DNA from: Gemmata obscuriglobus
GTDB taxonomy: Bacteria; Planctomycetota; Planctomycetia; Gemmatales; Gemmataceae
Assembly (NCBI RefSeq): GCF_008065095.1
Contig: NZ_CP042911.1
Coordinates: 8,190,001 to 8,222,000, forward strand
Reading direction: 5' to 3'
Length of the DNA: 32,000 nucleotides
Part shown: positions 6,691 to 14,911 of the stretch, piece after piece
Position numbering within the stretch: position 1 is the stretch's first letter
Layout of the letters: each line of letters opens with the position of its first letter
The notes under the pieces: model-generated
Seen by the model: only the letters and a program-made list of their open reading frames with translations
Database searches by the model: none
What the model was told of the DNA's origin: nothing
Made by a program: the position numbers and the translations under genes

Positions 6691-8034
6691 TCACGCGCTC
6701 AACTCCTGCATGCGCTCACGGGCGACGTTGGAAATGCAGAACCGGTACTTCCCGCTCGGCTCTTGCGGAATCGCGTCTACCAATTCCACCTCGTGCGAGA
6801 CGGTATCCCCGAACGTGTCCTGCACCAGCGCCGCGATCTTCCGGCGGCTGTTGTCCCCGAAGGCGGCGTCCGCGACGAGCCGGATTCGCAGTTGGGTGAT
6901 CGACTCTTGCACGATCTGCACCTGCGCCGCCCCCGGCACCAGCACCGCGAAGTTCTCCGTGAGCGAGATGCCGGAGATCAGGTTCCCCGCTGGTGTGAGC
7001 ACGTAATCGGCGTCGCGGCCCTCGACGCGCTCGATCAGCGGCAGCCCGCGGCCGCACCGGCACGCCCGGTTCGACGGCACCACCACGTCGCCCACCTGAT
7101 ACCGGATCAGCGGCATCGCCCGGTTACAGATGTCGGTGATCAGCAGTTTGCCGTCGGCCGGCACCTCGGTGTACAGCGAGTCCGCGTTGACGTGGAGCCC
7201 GTTGTGTTCCTCGCACTCGCTCGCGATGAGGCTGACTTCCTCGCATCCGTACCGGTTGGTCACCTTGCAGCCGAACACCTCCTCAATGACGGCCCGCTGC
7301 CAGTCGTGGAGGATCATCGCGGTGGAGATGATGCCGTTCGGGCGAATGTCGCTCCCGCCGGACTTCTTGAGCGCGCACGCGAGCAGGTACAGCGAGTGCG
7401 CGTGCCCGAAGATCAGCCCGGGGCGGTGCCGGCGGATAGTGCGCGCGAACTCCGCGACGCGCTGGTCGTTGAGGTTGAGCGTGTCGAGGTAGACGGCGCG
7501 GTCGAAGAAGTGGTTGCGGAGCCGTCCCTTCAGCCCGAAGTGCCGGTACTCGGGGTTGCCCCACACCTTCGCGACCCGCTGCCCGAGCCGGTACCCTGAC
7601 CACTGGTCCGAGCGGACGGTGCAGGCCGTCTTCCACTGCATCGCGGGCTCGTCGCAGTAGATTTTGAGAGGTACGCCGGTCGAACCGGAGGTGGTCTTCA
7701 CCCGGCACCGGGCGGTGTCGTAGGCCGACGACACCAGCGCCCGGTTGTGCCGGCGGATGTCCGCTTTCGTGAGGACCGGGAAGGCTTCGAGGTCGGCGAG
7801 TTCGCGGACATCGGACGGGTGCACGCCCGCCCGCGACCAGGCGGCGCGGTAGTACGGCACCGTGTCCCAGGCGTGCTGGAGCTGAACTTTGAGGGCCGCG
7901 AGCTGCCGCGCCCGGATCACGTCGGGCGGGTCGAACTGCGTCCGCTCCACGGTCCGCAGGTGCCTGAGGTGCTTGCTGCCCGCCCGCCACGCCATGAACG
8001 GGTGCATCAGGTGTCGGTTCAGGGTGTCGAGCAT
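6691..8034 (-). CDS. Phenylacetate-CoA ligase-like (CapK / F390-synthetase family) adenylate-forming enzyme
   Basis: ATG at 8034. AMP-binding P-loop TTSGSTGVPLK. Family-typical layout: YYR...AG...FPVLTKADIR, NRYGCEE, GRxDD-like ERVEGRDADYV, and C-terminal SGKYRF. Confidence 0.8.
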   Translation of the reverse strand: MLDTLNRHLMHPFMAWRAGSKHLRHLRTVERTQFDPPDVIRARQLAALKVQLQHAWDTVPYYRAAWSRAGVHPSDVRELADLEAFPVLTKADIRRHNRALVSSAYDTARCRVKTTSGSTGVPLKIYCDEPAMQWKTACTVRSDQWSGYRLGQRVAKVWGNPEYRHFGLKGRLRNHFFDRAVYLDTLNLNDQRVAEFARTIRRHRPGLIFGHAHSLYLLACALKKSGGSDIRPNGIISTAMILHDWQRAVIEEVFGCKVTNRYGCEEVSLIASECEEHNGLHVNADSLYTEVPADGKLLITDICNRAMPLIRYQVGDVVVPSNRACRCGRGLPLIERVEGRDADYVLTPAGNLISGISLTENFAVLVPGAAQVQIVQESITQLRIRLVADAAFGDNSRRKIAALVQDTFGDTVSHEVELVDAIPQEPSGKYRFCISNVARERMQELSA

Positions 8035-8067
8035 CCGTGCGGTCCTTGAGTGGGGCGATCCGTCGCG

Positions 8068-8631
8068 TTACTTCTTGTCCTTCGGTGCCGGAAAACGCTT
8101 TTGCTCTTCCCAGATGGGCGGTTCGCCGAGTACTCGCTGCGTGTTCCGCTCGATCACGACCGTTTTCATCGGCTTCGAGAGCACGAGGAAGGCGTAGTGT
8201 GCGGTCGTCGCTTCCTGCGCCTTCGAGAGATCAGGGGATGTATCAACGGCCCCTCCCTCGGTTTGGTAGTACAGGTTTTCGTAGCCGATCAGCAGCGCTT
8301 CGCCGCGCCGCCGGGGCGTCACCCGACCTTCAGGGGAACCGCCGTAGAAAACGGCCACAACGTAATGCGTGTCAAAGTCGACGTCGAAGCTCTGATCGGC
8401 GTCGGTGAAGAGTCGCGCTGCCGCGTCGCCGCGGTGCTCTTTCCACAACTTCTGCCAATCTCGTTCGTTCGCAACGACTTCAAACTTGTTCTTCCGGATC
8501 GCGCTGTGCGAACCGGTCAGAATGAGCGTCGGCTTGAACTTGACCTCTTGCGGTTGTTTCGGTTCCTGAGCCAAGCCGCCAAGAACAACCGCGCACAAGG
8601 TTATCGAGCCGACTGCGGCGCGAGCGAGCAT
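8068..8631 (-). CDS. Secreted hypothetical protein
   Basis: Signal-peptide-like N-terminus MLARAAVGSITLCAVVLGGLAQEP. ATG at 8631 is preceded by AGAGGTG (alternative GTG at 8637). High GC3. Tightly packed between the epimerase and ligase genes. Confidence 0.6.
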   Translation of the reverse strand: MLARAAVGSITLCAVVLGGLAQEPKQPQEVKFKPTLILTGSHSAIRKNKFEVVANERDWQKLWKEHRGDAAARLFTDADQSFDVDFDTHYVVAVFYGGSPEGRVTPRRRGEALLIGYENLYYQTEGGAVDTSPDLSKAQEATTAHYAFLVLSKPMKTVVIERNTQRVLGEPPIWEEQKRFPAPKDKK

Positions 8632-8644
8632 GGGCACCTCTGGG

Positions 8645-9574
8645 TCACAGGAGCGTCTTCTGCCACTCCACTTGCTTCGCGAGGCCCTCGTCGGTGCCGG
8701 TGGTGGGCTTCCACCCGAGGTGCTTGAACAGCTTCGTCACGTCGGCGCCGGTCGAGAGCTGGTCGCCGGCACGGGCGGGGTGCCGCTCGATGATCGCGGG
8801 CTTGCCGATGATCCGCTCGAGCTTCTTGAACACCTCGAGCACGGTGACGAGTTCGCCGCCGCCGAGGTTGAACGCCTCGCCCGGCATCGCCTGCGTGGCG
8901 CGGACCGTCGCCTCCACGCAGTCGTCGATGTACGTGTTCCCGCGGACCTGGAGGCCGTCGCCGGTCAGCTTGATCGGCTTCCCTTGTAGGATGGCGTTGA
9001 TGAACAGGTGGTAGCCCATCTCCGGGCGCTGGCGCGGCCCGTACACGCTGAAATACCGCAGCACCACGCTGGGCACGCCGAACTCGTCGGCGTACACGCG
9101 GCACAGTTGCTCGGCGGCCAGCTTGGTGATGCCGTAGGGCGAGCCCGGGCGGGTCGGGAGCGACTCGTCGCCGCTCGCGTACTTGCCGTACACGCTCGAC
9201 GTGCTCGCGTAAATCACGCGCTTCAGCGTGGGCGAGCCCTTGAGCGACTCCAGAAGGCGGTGGGTCGCGGTGAGGTTGTGGCGGTTGTAGCTGTCGAAGT
9301 CGAGCCAGCTCCGCGTCAGCCCGGCCATCGCGGCGAGGTGGAACACCCACTCGGCGCCGGCCGTCACGTCCGCCGGCACGCCCTGCGACAGGTCGAGTTC
9401 GCGCAGCGTGAAGTGCGGCTTGTCGATCAGGTGCGCGAGGTTGCGCTCCTTGACCGGCCGCGGGTAGTAGTCGGTGAAGCAGTCGATGCCGGTGACCGCG
9501 TGGCCGTCGGCGAGTAACCGCTCGCACAGGTGCGAGCCAATGAACCCGGCGGCGCCGGTGACGATGCAACGCAT
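8645..9574 (-). CDS. NAD-dependent sugar epimerase/dehydratase (SDR family)
   Basis: Rossmann motif MRCIVTGAAGFIGSHL at the ATG at 9574. Catalytic-region motifs ASTSSVYG and YGITK (YxxxK). The listed start at 9622 adds 16 non-conserved residues. Confidence 0.85.
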   Translation of the reverse strand: MRCIVTGAAGFIGSHLCERLLADGHAVTGIDCFTDYYPRPVKERNLAHLIDKPHFTLRELDLSQGVPADVTAGAEWVFHLAAMAGLTRSWLDFDSYNRHNLTATHRLLESLKGSPTLKRVIYASTSSVYGKYASGDESLPTRPGSPYGITKLAAEQLCRVYADEFGVPSVVLRYFSVYGPRQRPEMGYHLFINAILQGKPIKLTGDGLQVRGNTYIDDCVEATVRATQAMPGEAFNLGGGELVTVLEVFKKLERIIGKPAIIERHPARAGDQLSTGADVTKLFKHLGWKPTTGTDEGLAKQVEWQKTLL

Positions 9575-9644
9575 GGTGAGCTTTCCCCCGCCGCAAACTG
9601 TAACAGGGTGCGGAAGCCACATTCAAGCCCGACCGGATCAAGCT

Positions 9645-9756
9645 AAAAGGCAAAAGTGAAAAGGCAAAAGGGAGCGGCCGCAACCTCTTCCTTCTTGCCT
9701 TTCAGCGTTTGCCTTACGCCGCAGGCGGTTCCCTTTTGCCTTTTCACTTTTGCCTT
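9645..9756. terminator. Long AT-rich hairpin downstream of the 9770 stop (putative terminator)
   Basis: AAAAGGCAAAAGTGAAAAGGCAAAAGGGA (9645-9673) pairs with TCCCTTTTGCCTTTTCACTTTTGCCTT (9730-9756), giving 27 perfect base pairs. The arm is a tandem of AAAAGGCAAAAG-like units. More TTGCCTT motifs lie in the 56-nt loop region. Confidence 0.5.
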
Positions 9757-9769
9757 CTGCCTCAAGCGG

Positions 9770-10183
9770 TCACTTCTTCTCGTGCAGGTCGATGAAGAAC
9801 TTGTTGCCGTCGTTCGTGAAGACGTACTTGTGGGCGTCCTCCCAGTCGTGGGCCGGGGCCGCGCTCCGCTTCAGCGCGTACTCGATGAAGAACGGCTTCT
9901 GCTTCGGGTCGAACTCGGAGTCGAACCGTACCCGTAGCGCGGGCGACTTGTTCTCGTTCGCCTTGCTGTAGGTCCACCAGTGCAGCCGCGTTTCGCCGGG
10001 CTTCAGTGTGGCGGTGTGCCACGGGTCGTCGCCCCATTTGTACTGGTAAGTGATCGTGTGCGTGCTCTTGTTCTCGATCCCGGTCACCGCGAACCGGTTG
10101 GCGGCTTCCGCCGTGCCGGGGCTGAACAGTGTGGCGGCGAGCGCGACCGGCGCGGCCAGAGCCAAAAGAGTTGAGCGAACCAT
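9770..10183 (-). CDS. Small secreted hypothetical protein (137 aa)
   Basis: ATG at 10183 is preceded by GGAG. Signal peptide MVRSTLLALAAPVALAATLFSPGTAEA. The listed ORF start at 10372 would add 63 Arg/Gly-rich residues across the divergent promoter region. Confidence 0.6.
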   Translation of the reverse strand: MVRSTLLALAAPVALAATLFSPGTAEAANRFAVTGIENKSTHTITYQYKWGDDPWHTATLKPGETRLHWWTYSKANENKSPALRVRFDSEFDPKQKPFFIEYALKRSAAPAHDWEDAHKYVFTNDGNKFFIDLHEKK

Positions 10184-10354
10184 CGGGGTGCTCCGTTCGG
10201 AGGTGAGGTGTTCGGCACAGTTGCTTGTTCTTCCCGCTGACACCCCTGTGACGCACCGGCGCCGCCCGCTTGCGCCGCCCTGTTTGGTGCCGCCCGAGTT
10301 TGCGGTTGATTGGAGCCGGGCCGGGCGGCGGGTAGAATGGCGCCGGCCACTCGC

Positions 10355-10360
10355 AGGAGG
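10355..10360 (+). promoter_or_regulatory. Shine-Dalgarno site for the cytochrome gene
   Basis: AGGAGG lies 5 nt upstream of the ATG at 10366. Confidence 0.5.
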
Positions 10361-10365
10361 AAGTG

Positions 10366-11712
10366 ATGACACGGTTCGCCGTCGCGCTGCTCGCGGTTTC
10401 TGTTGCGACGCCGGCGGGCGCCGCGGAGAAGGCTCCGGCGCCCGCGGAGCGCGGCTACCAGGCGCTCACGCGCACCGCGTTCATACCGGCGTTCTGGACC
10501 CGGCTCGCGCTGCCCAACGCCTGGAAGAGCTGGGACGTGGGCGAGCGCCCCGCGGACTACGACCGGGCGGTTCTGGAGCGCTACGGGTTGCACGCCGCGC
10601 CGTACCCCAACGACGGCCTACCGATGGGGCTGCGCAAGGCACCGTTGCTCCTCAACACCGGCGTCGGCATCGACTGCATGCTGTGCCACGGCGGCTCGAT
10701 CTTTGGGAAGAGCTACGTCGGGCTCGGGAACAGCACGCTCGACATTCAGGCGCTGTTCGAGGACATGGCGCGGGCCGAGGGACTGACGCCGAAGCTGCCG
10801 TTCACGTTCTCGAACGTCCGCGGCACCACCGAGGCCGGTGGGTTCGGCGTGTACCTGCTCGGGTTCCGCAACCCGGACCTCAGCCTCCGCACCCCGCGGA
10901 AAGAATTGGGGCTGCACGACGACCTGTGCGAGGACGTGCCCGCGTGGTGGCTGATGAAGAAGAAGCGCACCATTTACTACACCGGGGCCACCGACGCGCG
11001 GTCGGTGCGCACGCTGATGCAGTTCATGATGCACCCGCTCACCACCGCGAAGGACTTCGACAAGCACGAGCCGGCGTTCCGCGACATCTCCGCATACCTC
11101 GCGAACCTCGAACCGCCGAAGTACCCGTTCCCGATCGACGCGGCGAAAGCGGCCAAGGGCGAATCGCTCTTCAAACAGCACTGCGCCACGTGCCACGGCA
11201 CCTACGGTGCGAAGTGGACGTACCCGAACAAGGTGATCCCGCTCGCGGAGATCGGCACCGACCCGGCGCGGCACCGGGGCATCAGCGCCGACTACGGCAA
11301 GGAGTACTCGGAGTCGTGGTTCGGGAAGGAGGAGAGCGGCGGGTGGTTCGTGAACGGGAAGCGGCTCCGCTGGACCGACGGCTACCAGGCGCCGCCGCTG
11401 GACGGCGTCTGGGCCACGGCGCCGTACCTCCACAACGCGAGCGTGCCCACCCTCGACGGGGTGCTGAACTCGAAGGGGCGGCCGAAGCTGTACACACGCA
11501 GCTACAAGACCGACGAGGCGAACTACGATCCGGTGCGTGTGGGCTGGAAGGTGACCGAGTTGGGCGCCGTGCCCGGCAAGCTGAGCGCGCACGAGTCGCG
11601 AAAGATCTACGACACCTCGAAGCCCGGTCGGAGCAACGCCGGCCACACCTACGGCGACGACTTCAGCGCCGATGAGCGCGCCCAGGTGATCGAGTACCTC
11701 AAGACGCTGTAA
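10366..11712 (+). CDS. Secreted di-haem c-type cytochrome family protein
   Basis: Signal peptide MTRFAVALLAVSVATPAGAAE. Two CxxCH haem-binding motifs: CMLCH at 10675-10689 and CATCH at 11182-11196. Strong SD upstream. Confidence 0.75.
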   Translation: MTRFAVALLAVSVATPAGAAEKAPAPAERGYQALTRTAFIPAFWTRLALPNAWKSWDVGERPADYDRAVLERYGLHAAPYPNDGLPMGLRKAPLLLNTGVGIDCMLCHGGSIFGKSYVGLGNSTLDIQALFEDMARAEGLTPKLPFTFSNVRGTTEAGGFGVYLLGFRNPDLSLRTPRKELGLHDDLCEDVPAWWLMKKKRTIYYTGATDARSVRTLMQFMMHPLTTAKDFDKHEPAFRDISAYLANLEPPKYPFPIDAAKAAKGESLFKQHCATCHGTYGAKWTYPNKVIPLAEIGTDPARHRGISADYGKEYSESWFGKEESGGWFVNGKRLRWTDGYQAPPLDGVWATAPYLHNASVPTLDGVLNSKGRPKLYTRSYKTDEANYDPVRVGWKVTELGAVPGKLSAHESRKIYDTSKPGRSNAGHTYGDDFSADERAQVIEYLKTL

Positions 11713-11730
11713 CGCTGGTTCAACATGGAG

Positions 11731-11831
11731 GCAGTTTTTGACAGGATCGACAGGATGAACAGGATTTAAGACAAGCACTGTTCTGTTGTCTTTGAAATTC
11801 TGGTCATCTTGTCGATCCTGTCAAAAACTGC
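11731..11831. terminator. Long AT-rich hairpin between convergent genes (putative bidirectional terminator)
   Basis: GCAGTTTTTGACAGGATCGACAGGATGAACAGGAT (11731-11765) pairs with ATTCTGGTCATCTTGTCGATCCTGTCAAAAACTGC (11797-11831) at 32 of 35 positions. The inner stem AAGACAA/TTGTCTT extends it. GCTTTTCTCC follows on the + strand. A partial arm copy ATCCTGTCAGAACTGC lies at 11877-11892. Confidence 0.55.
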
Positions 11832-11911
11832 TTTTCTCCTGTCTGCTTTATCCTGAAGTGCTGCTGACACCTATTTATCCTGTCAGAACTGCTTCCACTC
11901 CGGTTCCGCGC

Positions 11912-13636
11912 TCAAAACTCCATCTCGCGGAGCGATTTCGCCCCCGCGCGGAGCGGCAGCACCGCCGCCGCCGCGCCCAGAACCAGCCCCACCGGGATGC
12001 CCGCGTACACCCACGGGTTGATTTTGGCCGCCCCCGCGGTCGCGCCCTTCGCGAGCTGGGCCACGTGGAACGGCACCACCATCACGCCGATGACGGCGAC
12101 CAGGAACGCGAGCCCGGTCACCATGTTCACGGTGCCGCCGAACCCGACCACGATCTTCGACGGGTCCGTCTCGCGGAACGTCGGTAGGTACGCGCCCAGG
12201 CCCACGTTCAGCGCGCTCAGCCCCAGGGCCGCCACCGCCACCGCCACGGCGTGCAGCGCCAGCCCTTCGAGCGGCAGCCCGAGGAGCGCGTCGCTGGTCA
12301 GGATGAGCGCCTCGGCCACGACCAGCGACCCGGTCGCCGCGAACGCGAACTTGCCCCACAGGATCTGGTCGCGGCTCACCGGGGTGAGCCCCAGGATCCA
12401 GAACTTCCGCCCCTCCAGCGAGATCAGCGGGAACACGAACCGGCTCAGCCCGGCGCACAGGAGGATCGCCGTCCCGCTCAGGTTCATGAGGCTAATGGCG
12501 TACTTGTCCATGATGCCGAGGTCGGCGGAGTAGTACTGCCGGAAGTTGCTGGCCCCGATCAGCATCAGCACGCCGAAGATGGCCAGCACGGCCCACTGGG
12601 TCGGGTCGCGCCGGAAGGTGCGAAAGTCCTTCACCACCAGCACGCGCGTCCGGCGGTCGAGGTAGCACACCAGCGCCTCCATGAGCCGGTCGAGCGGGCT
12701 CGTCTTGTAGACCTTCTTGTCGCGCCCGAAGGCGGAGAGGCGGTCGTAGGCGGTGCGGTACACGCGCTTCGCGACCCACGCCGCGCCCAGGAAGCACAGC
12801 AGCCCGTTGCTCCACACCTGGGCCAGCGGGACGAGCGCGGCGGCGAGGTCCCCGCGGGCCGCGGCCATCACGCCGCGGGTCATCCAGTGGCTCGGCGAGA
12901 ACCCGCTGCGGAGCAGGTCGAACTGGCCGATCAGGTCGTCCAGCTCCCGCCCGCTGCTCACCAGCGACCGGCGGAACCCCACGAGAATTCGGTAACCCCA
13001 GAACAGCAGCCCGGCGGCGACCACGAGCCCCACGAGCGCGAAGAACTGCTTGCGGTTCCGCGGCATGTACCGCACCAGCAGGAGGCACCCCGCGGCCGAC
13101 ACCGAGCCCGGCAGGATGACGTACCCGAGCAGGTACAGCGGCAGCAGCGGGTAGAAGTACCACGGCACGCCGGACATGAGCCCGTAGGCCACGAAGATGG
13201 GCACGCCGAGGATCACGAAACCCCACGAGCTGAACGTTACCGCGGCCTGGAACTTGGTGACGAAGATCTGGTCGGCGCGGGCCGGCGAGCACAGCAAGAA
13301 CCGCGCCTCGGGGCTGGTGAACAGGCTTGCATAGAGGATGATGCCGGTCGAGAAGATGAGCATCGTCCCGAGCGTGAAGAACAGCAGCTCGAAGAGCGCC
13401 TCGACGATGGCCCCCTTGAACGGGATGTTGTTCACCCGGAGCTGGTTGAACAGGTACAGGCTGACCGCGAACGTGAACGCCGCGACCACGGCGCTGGTGG
13501 CGATCATGGTGACGAGCCGCACGCGGCCGTTCTCGAGCGCGACGCGCAGCCCGTTGCGGAACAGTTGCAGCCGCAGGCGCCGGAACAGGGCCGCTTGCGC
13601 GGGCGCCGCCGGCCGGGCGTCGATGGTTGGGGACAT
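11912..13636 (-). CDS. ABC-2 / putative ABC-exporter type polytopic permease
   Basis: ATG at 13636 (MSPTIDARP...). About 12 hydrophobic helices in two halves. It lies 41 nt downstream of the ABC ATPase gene. The listed 861-aa ORF continues upstream only by reading out of frame across the ATPase gene. Confidence 0.75.
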   Translation of the reverse strand: MSPTIDARPAAPAQAALFRRLRLQLFRNGLRVALENGRVRLVTMIATSAVVAAFTFAVSLYLFNQLRVNNIPFKGAIVEALFELLFFTLGTMLIFSTGIILYASLFTSPEARFLLCSPARADQIFVTKFQAAVTFSSWGFVILGVPIFVAYGLMSGVPWYFYPLLPLYLLGYVILPGSVSAAGCLLLVRYMPRNRKQFFALVGLVVAAGLLFWGYRILVGFRRSLVSSGRELDDLIGQFDLLRSGFSPSHWMTRGVMAAARGDLAAALVPLAQVWSNGLLCFLGAAWVAKRVYRTAYDRLSAFGRDKKVYKTSPLDRLMEALVCYLDRRTRVLVVKDFRTFRRDPTQWAVLAIFGVLMLIGASNFRQYYSADLGIMDKYAISLMNLSGTAILLCAGLSRFVFPLISLEGRKFWILGLTPVSRDQILWGKFAFAATGSLVVAEALILTSDALLGLPLEGLALHAVAVAVAALGLSALNVGLGAYLPTFRETDPSKIVVGFGGTVNMVTGLAFLVAVIGVMVVPFHVAQLAKGATAGAAKINPWVYAGIPVGLVLGAAAAVLPLRAGAKSLREMEF

Positions 13637-13677
13637 GGGCCACCAGTGGGTGTGAGGGGCGGGCCGGGTCAGACGCG

Positions 13678-14427
13678 CTACGCGAGGGGCAGCGCCGGCT
13701 GCGGCGCGTCTTCCTCGGTGATCTTCATGAACAGGTCTTCCAGGCTGCCGTCCATCGCGGCCTGTTTGCGCAGGTCGGTCAGTGTGCCGCACCCGAGGAG
13801 CGTGCCGCGGTCCAGAATCCCGATGCGGTCGGCGAGCTCCTGGGCGATGTCGAGCGTGTGCGTGCTGAGGAACACCGTCATCCCCTCGGCCGCGAGCCGG
13901 CGGAGCAGCGTTTTCAGCTCGCGGATGCTCTTCGGGTCGAGCCCCACGGTCGGTTCGTCGGCGATGAGCAGCTTGGGCTCGTGCACCAGCGCCGCGGCGA
14001 ACACGGTGCGCTGGCGCATCCCGTGCGAGTACCGCTCGGTGAGGTCGTCCACGAACTCGTTGAGGTGGAACAGCTCGATCACCTCCTCGATCTTGTCCGC
14101 GGACCGGCCCGGGGGCATTCCGTACAGGTCCGCGGTGAACTGGAGGAACTCGCGGCCGGTGAGCTTCTCGTACAGGAACGGCTGGTCGGGGACGTAGCTG
14201 ACGAGCGCGCGGGCCTGGTCGCCCTGGGCGCGCACGTCGAACCCGCCGATGCGGACGCTCCCCGTGGTGGGGAACAGGAGCCCGCAGAGCATCTTGATGG
14301 TGGTGGTCTTCCCGGCCCCGTTCGGCCCCAGGAACGCGAACAGTTCGCCCGCGGGCACGTGCAGGGTAAGATCCCGCACCGCGACCTTCGGGCCGTAGAG
14401 CTTCGTGACGGTGTCGATTTGGATCAT
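13678..14427 (-). CDS. ABC transporter ATP-binding protein
   Basis: Start MIQIDTVTKLYG at the ATG at 14427. Walker A GPNGAGKTT, signature-like YSHGMRQR, Walker B LLIADEPTVGLD, H-loop LSTH. Confidence 0.9.
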   Translation of the reverse strand: MIQIDTVTKLYGPKVAVRDLTLHVPAGELFAFLGPNGAGKTTTIKMLCGLLFPTTGSVRIGGFDVRAQGDQARALVSYVPDQPFLYEKLTGREFLQFTADLYGMPPGRSADKIEEVIELFHLNEFVDDLTERYSHGMRQRTVFAAALVHEPKLLIADEPTVGLDPKSIRELKTLLRRLAAEGMTVFLSTHTLDIAQELADRIGILDRGTLLGCGTLTDLRKQAAMDGSLEDLFMKITEEDAPQPALPLA

Positions 14428-14446
14428 GGTAAACTCGCTCCGAAGA

Positions 14447-14477
14447 CCCACCCCCACCCCTCCTAAAGGGAGGGGAG
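14447..14477. repeat. G/C-homopolymer palindromic element, solo unit (copy C)
   Basis: CCCACCCCCACCCCTCCTAAAGGGAGGGGAG resembles the left unit of copies A and B. It lies in the 66-nt gap between the DUF559 stop (14494) and the ABC ATPase start (14427). Confidence 0.65.
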
Positions 14478-14493
14478 CGAGACAGGCGGGCAC

Positions 14494-14880
14494 TCATCCG
14501 GCCGGTGATCCCGTAGCTGCTGCGATGCGTTCCGCACAGGCCGCGGCGATGCGATCAAGGACGGTCGTGATGCTCTCGGTCACATTTTCGTTGCGGAACC
14601 GCAGGACAAGCAGGCCGAGCATGGCGAACGCCTGATCGCGAGCCGCGTCGTACTCGACCTGGGTGTCGTGAACGCCGCCGTCCACCTCGACAACGACGCC
14701 GGCGGCGTGGCAGTAGAAATCGGCGACGAACCCGTGAACGATCTGCTGGCGGCGGAAATGGAGGCCGTTTAATTTCGACGCACGGAGGTGCGACCACAGG
14801 ACTTGTTCGGCCGGAGTCATTTCGCGGCGGAGCCGGTACGCGAGTTCGCGCTTGGCCGGATCAACGGCTTGTCCGGTCAC
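14494..14880 (-). CDS. DUF559 (Vsr-like) endonuclease domain protein
   Basis: Family-typical AKRELAYRLRREMTPAEQVLWSHLR...GLHFRRQQIVHGFVADFYCHAAGVVVEVDGGVHD...RD...LGLLVLRFRNENV. I prefer the GTG at 14880 because it retains the conserved ARxLRR helix (alternative ATG at 14820). The listed start at 15162 reads through repeat copy B. Confidence 0.75.
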   Translation of the reverse strand: MTGQAVDPAKRELAYRLRREMTPAEQVLWSHLRASKLNGLHFRRQQIVHGFVADFYCHAAGVVVEVDGGVHDTQVEYDAARDQAFAMLGLLVLRFRNENVTESITTVLDRIAAACAERIAAATGSPAG

Positions 14881-14911
14881 GAGGTGCGGCACGGGCGGGC
14901 GGCGCGAAGAA

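Noticed and set aside
10306-10338. TTGATT ... TAGAAT as a sigma70 promoter for the cytochrome gene
   Set aside because: The spacing between the hexamers is 21 nt, which is too long for a canonical promoter. I kept only the AGGAGG ribosome-binding site as a feature.
11912-14497. Single 861-aa ORF spanning both the permease and the ABC ATPase regions
   Set aside because: Its N-terminal 287 residues are an out-of-frame read across the ATPase gene (13678-14427), which has clear Walker A, signature and Walker B motifs. The permease begins at the ATG at 13636.
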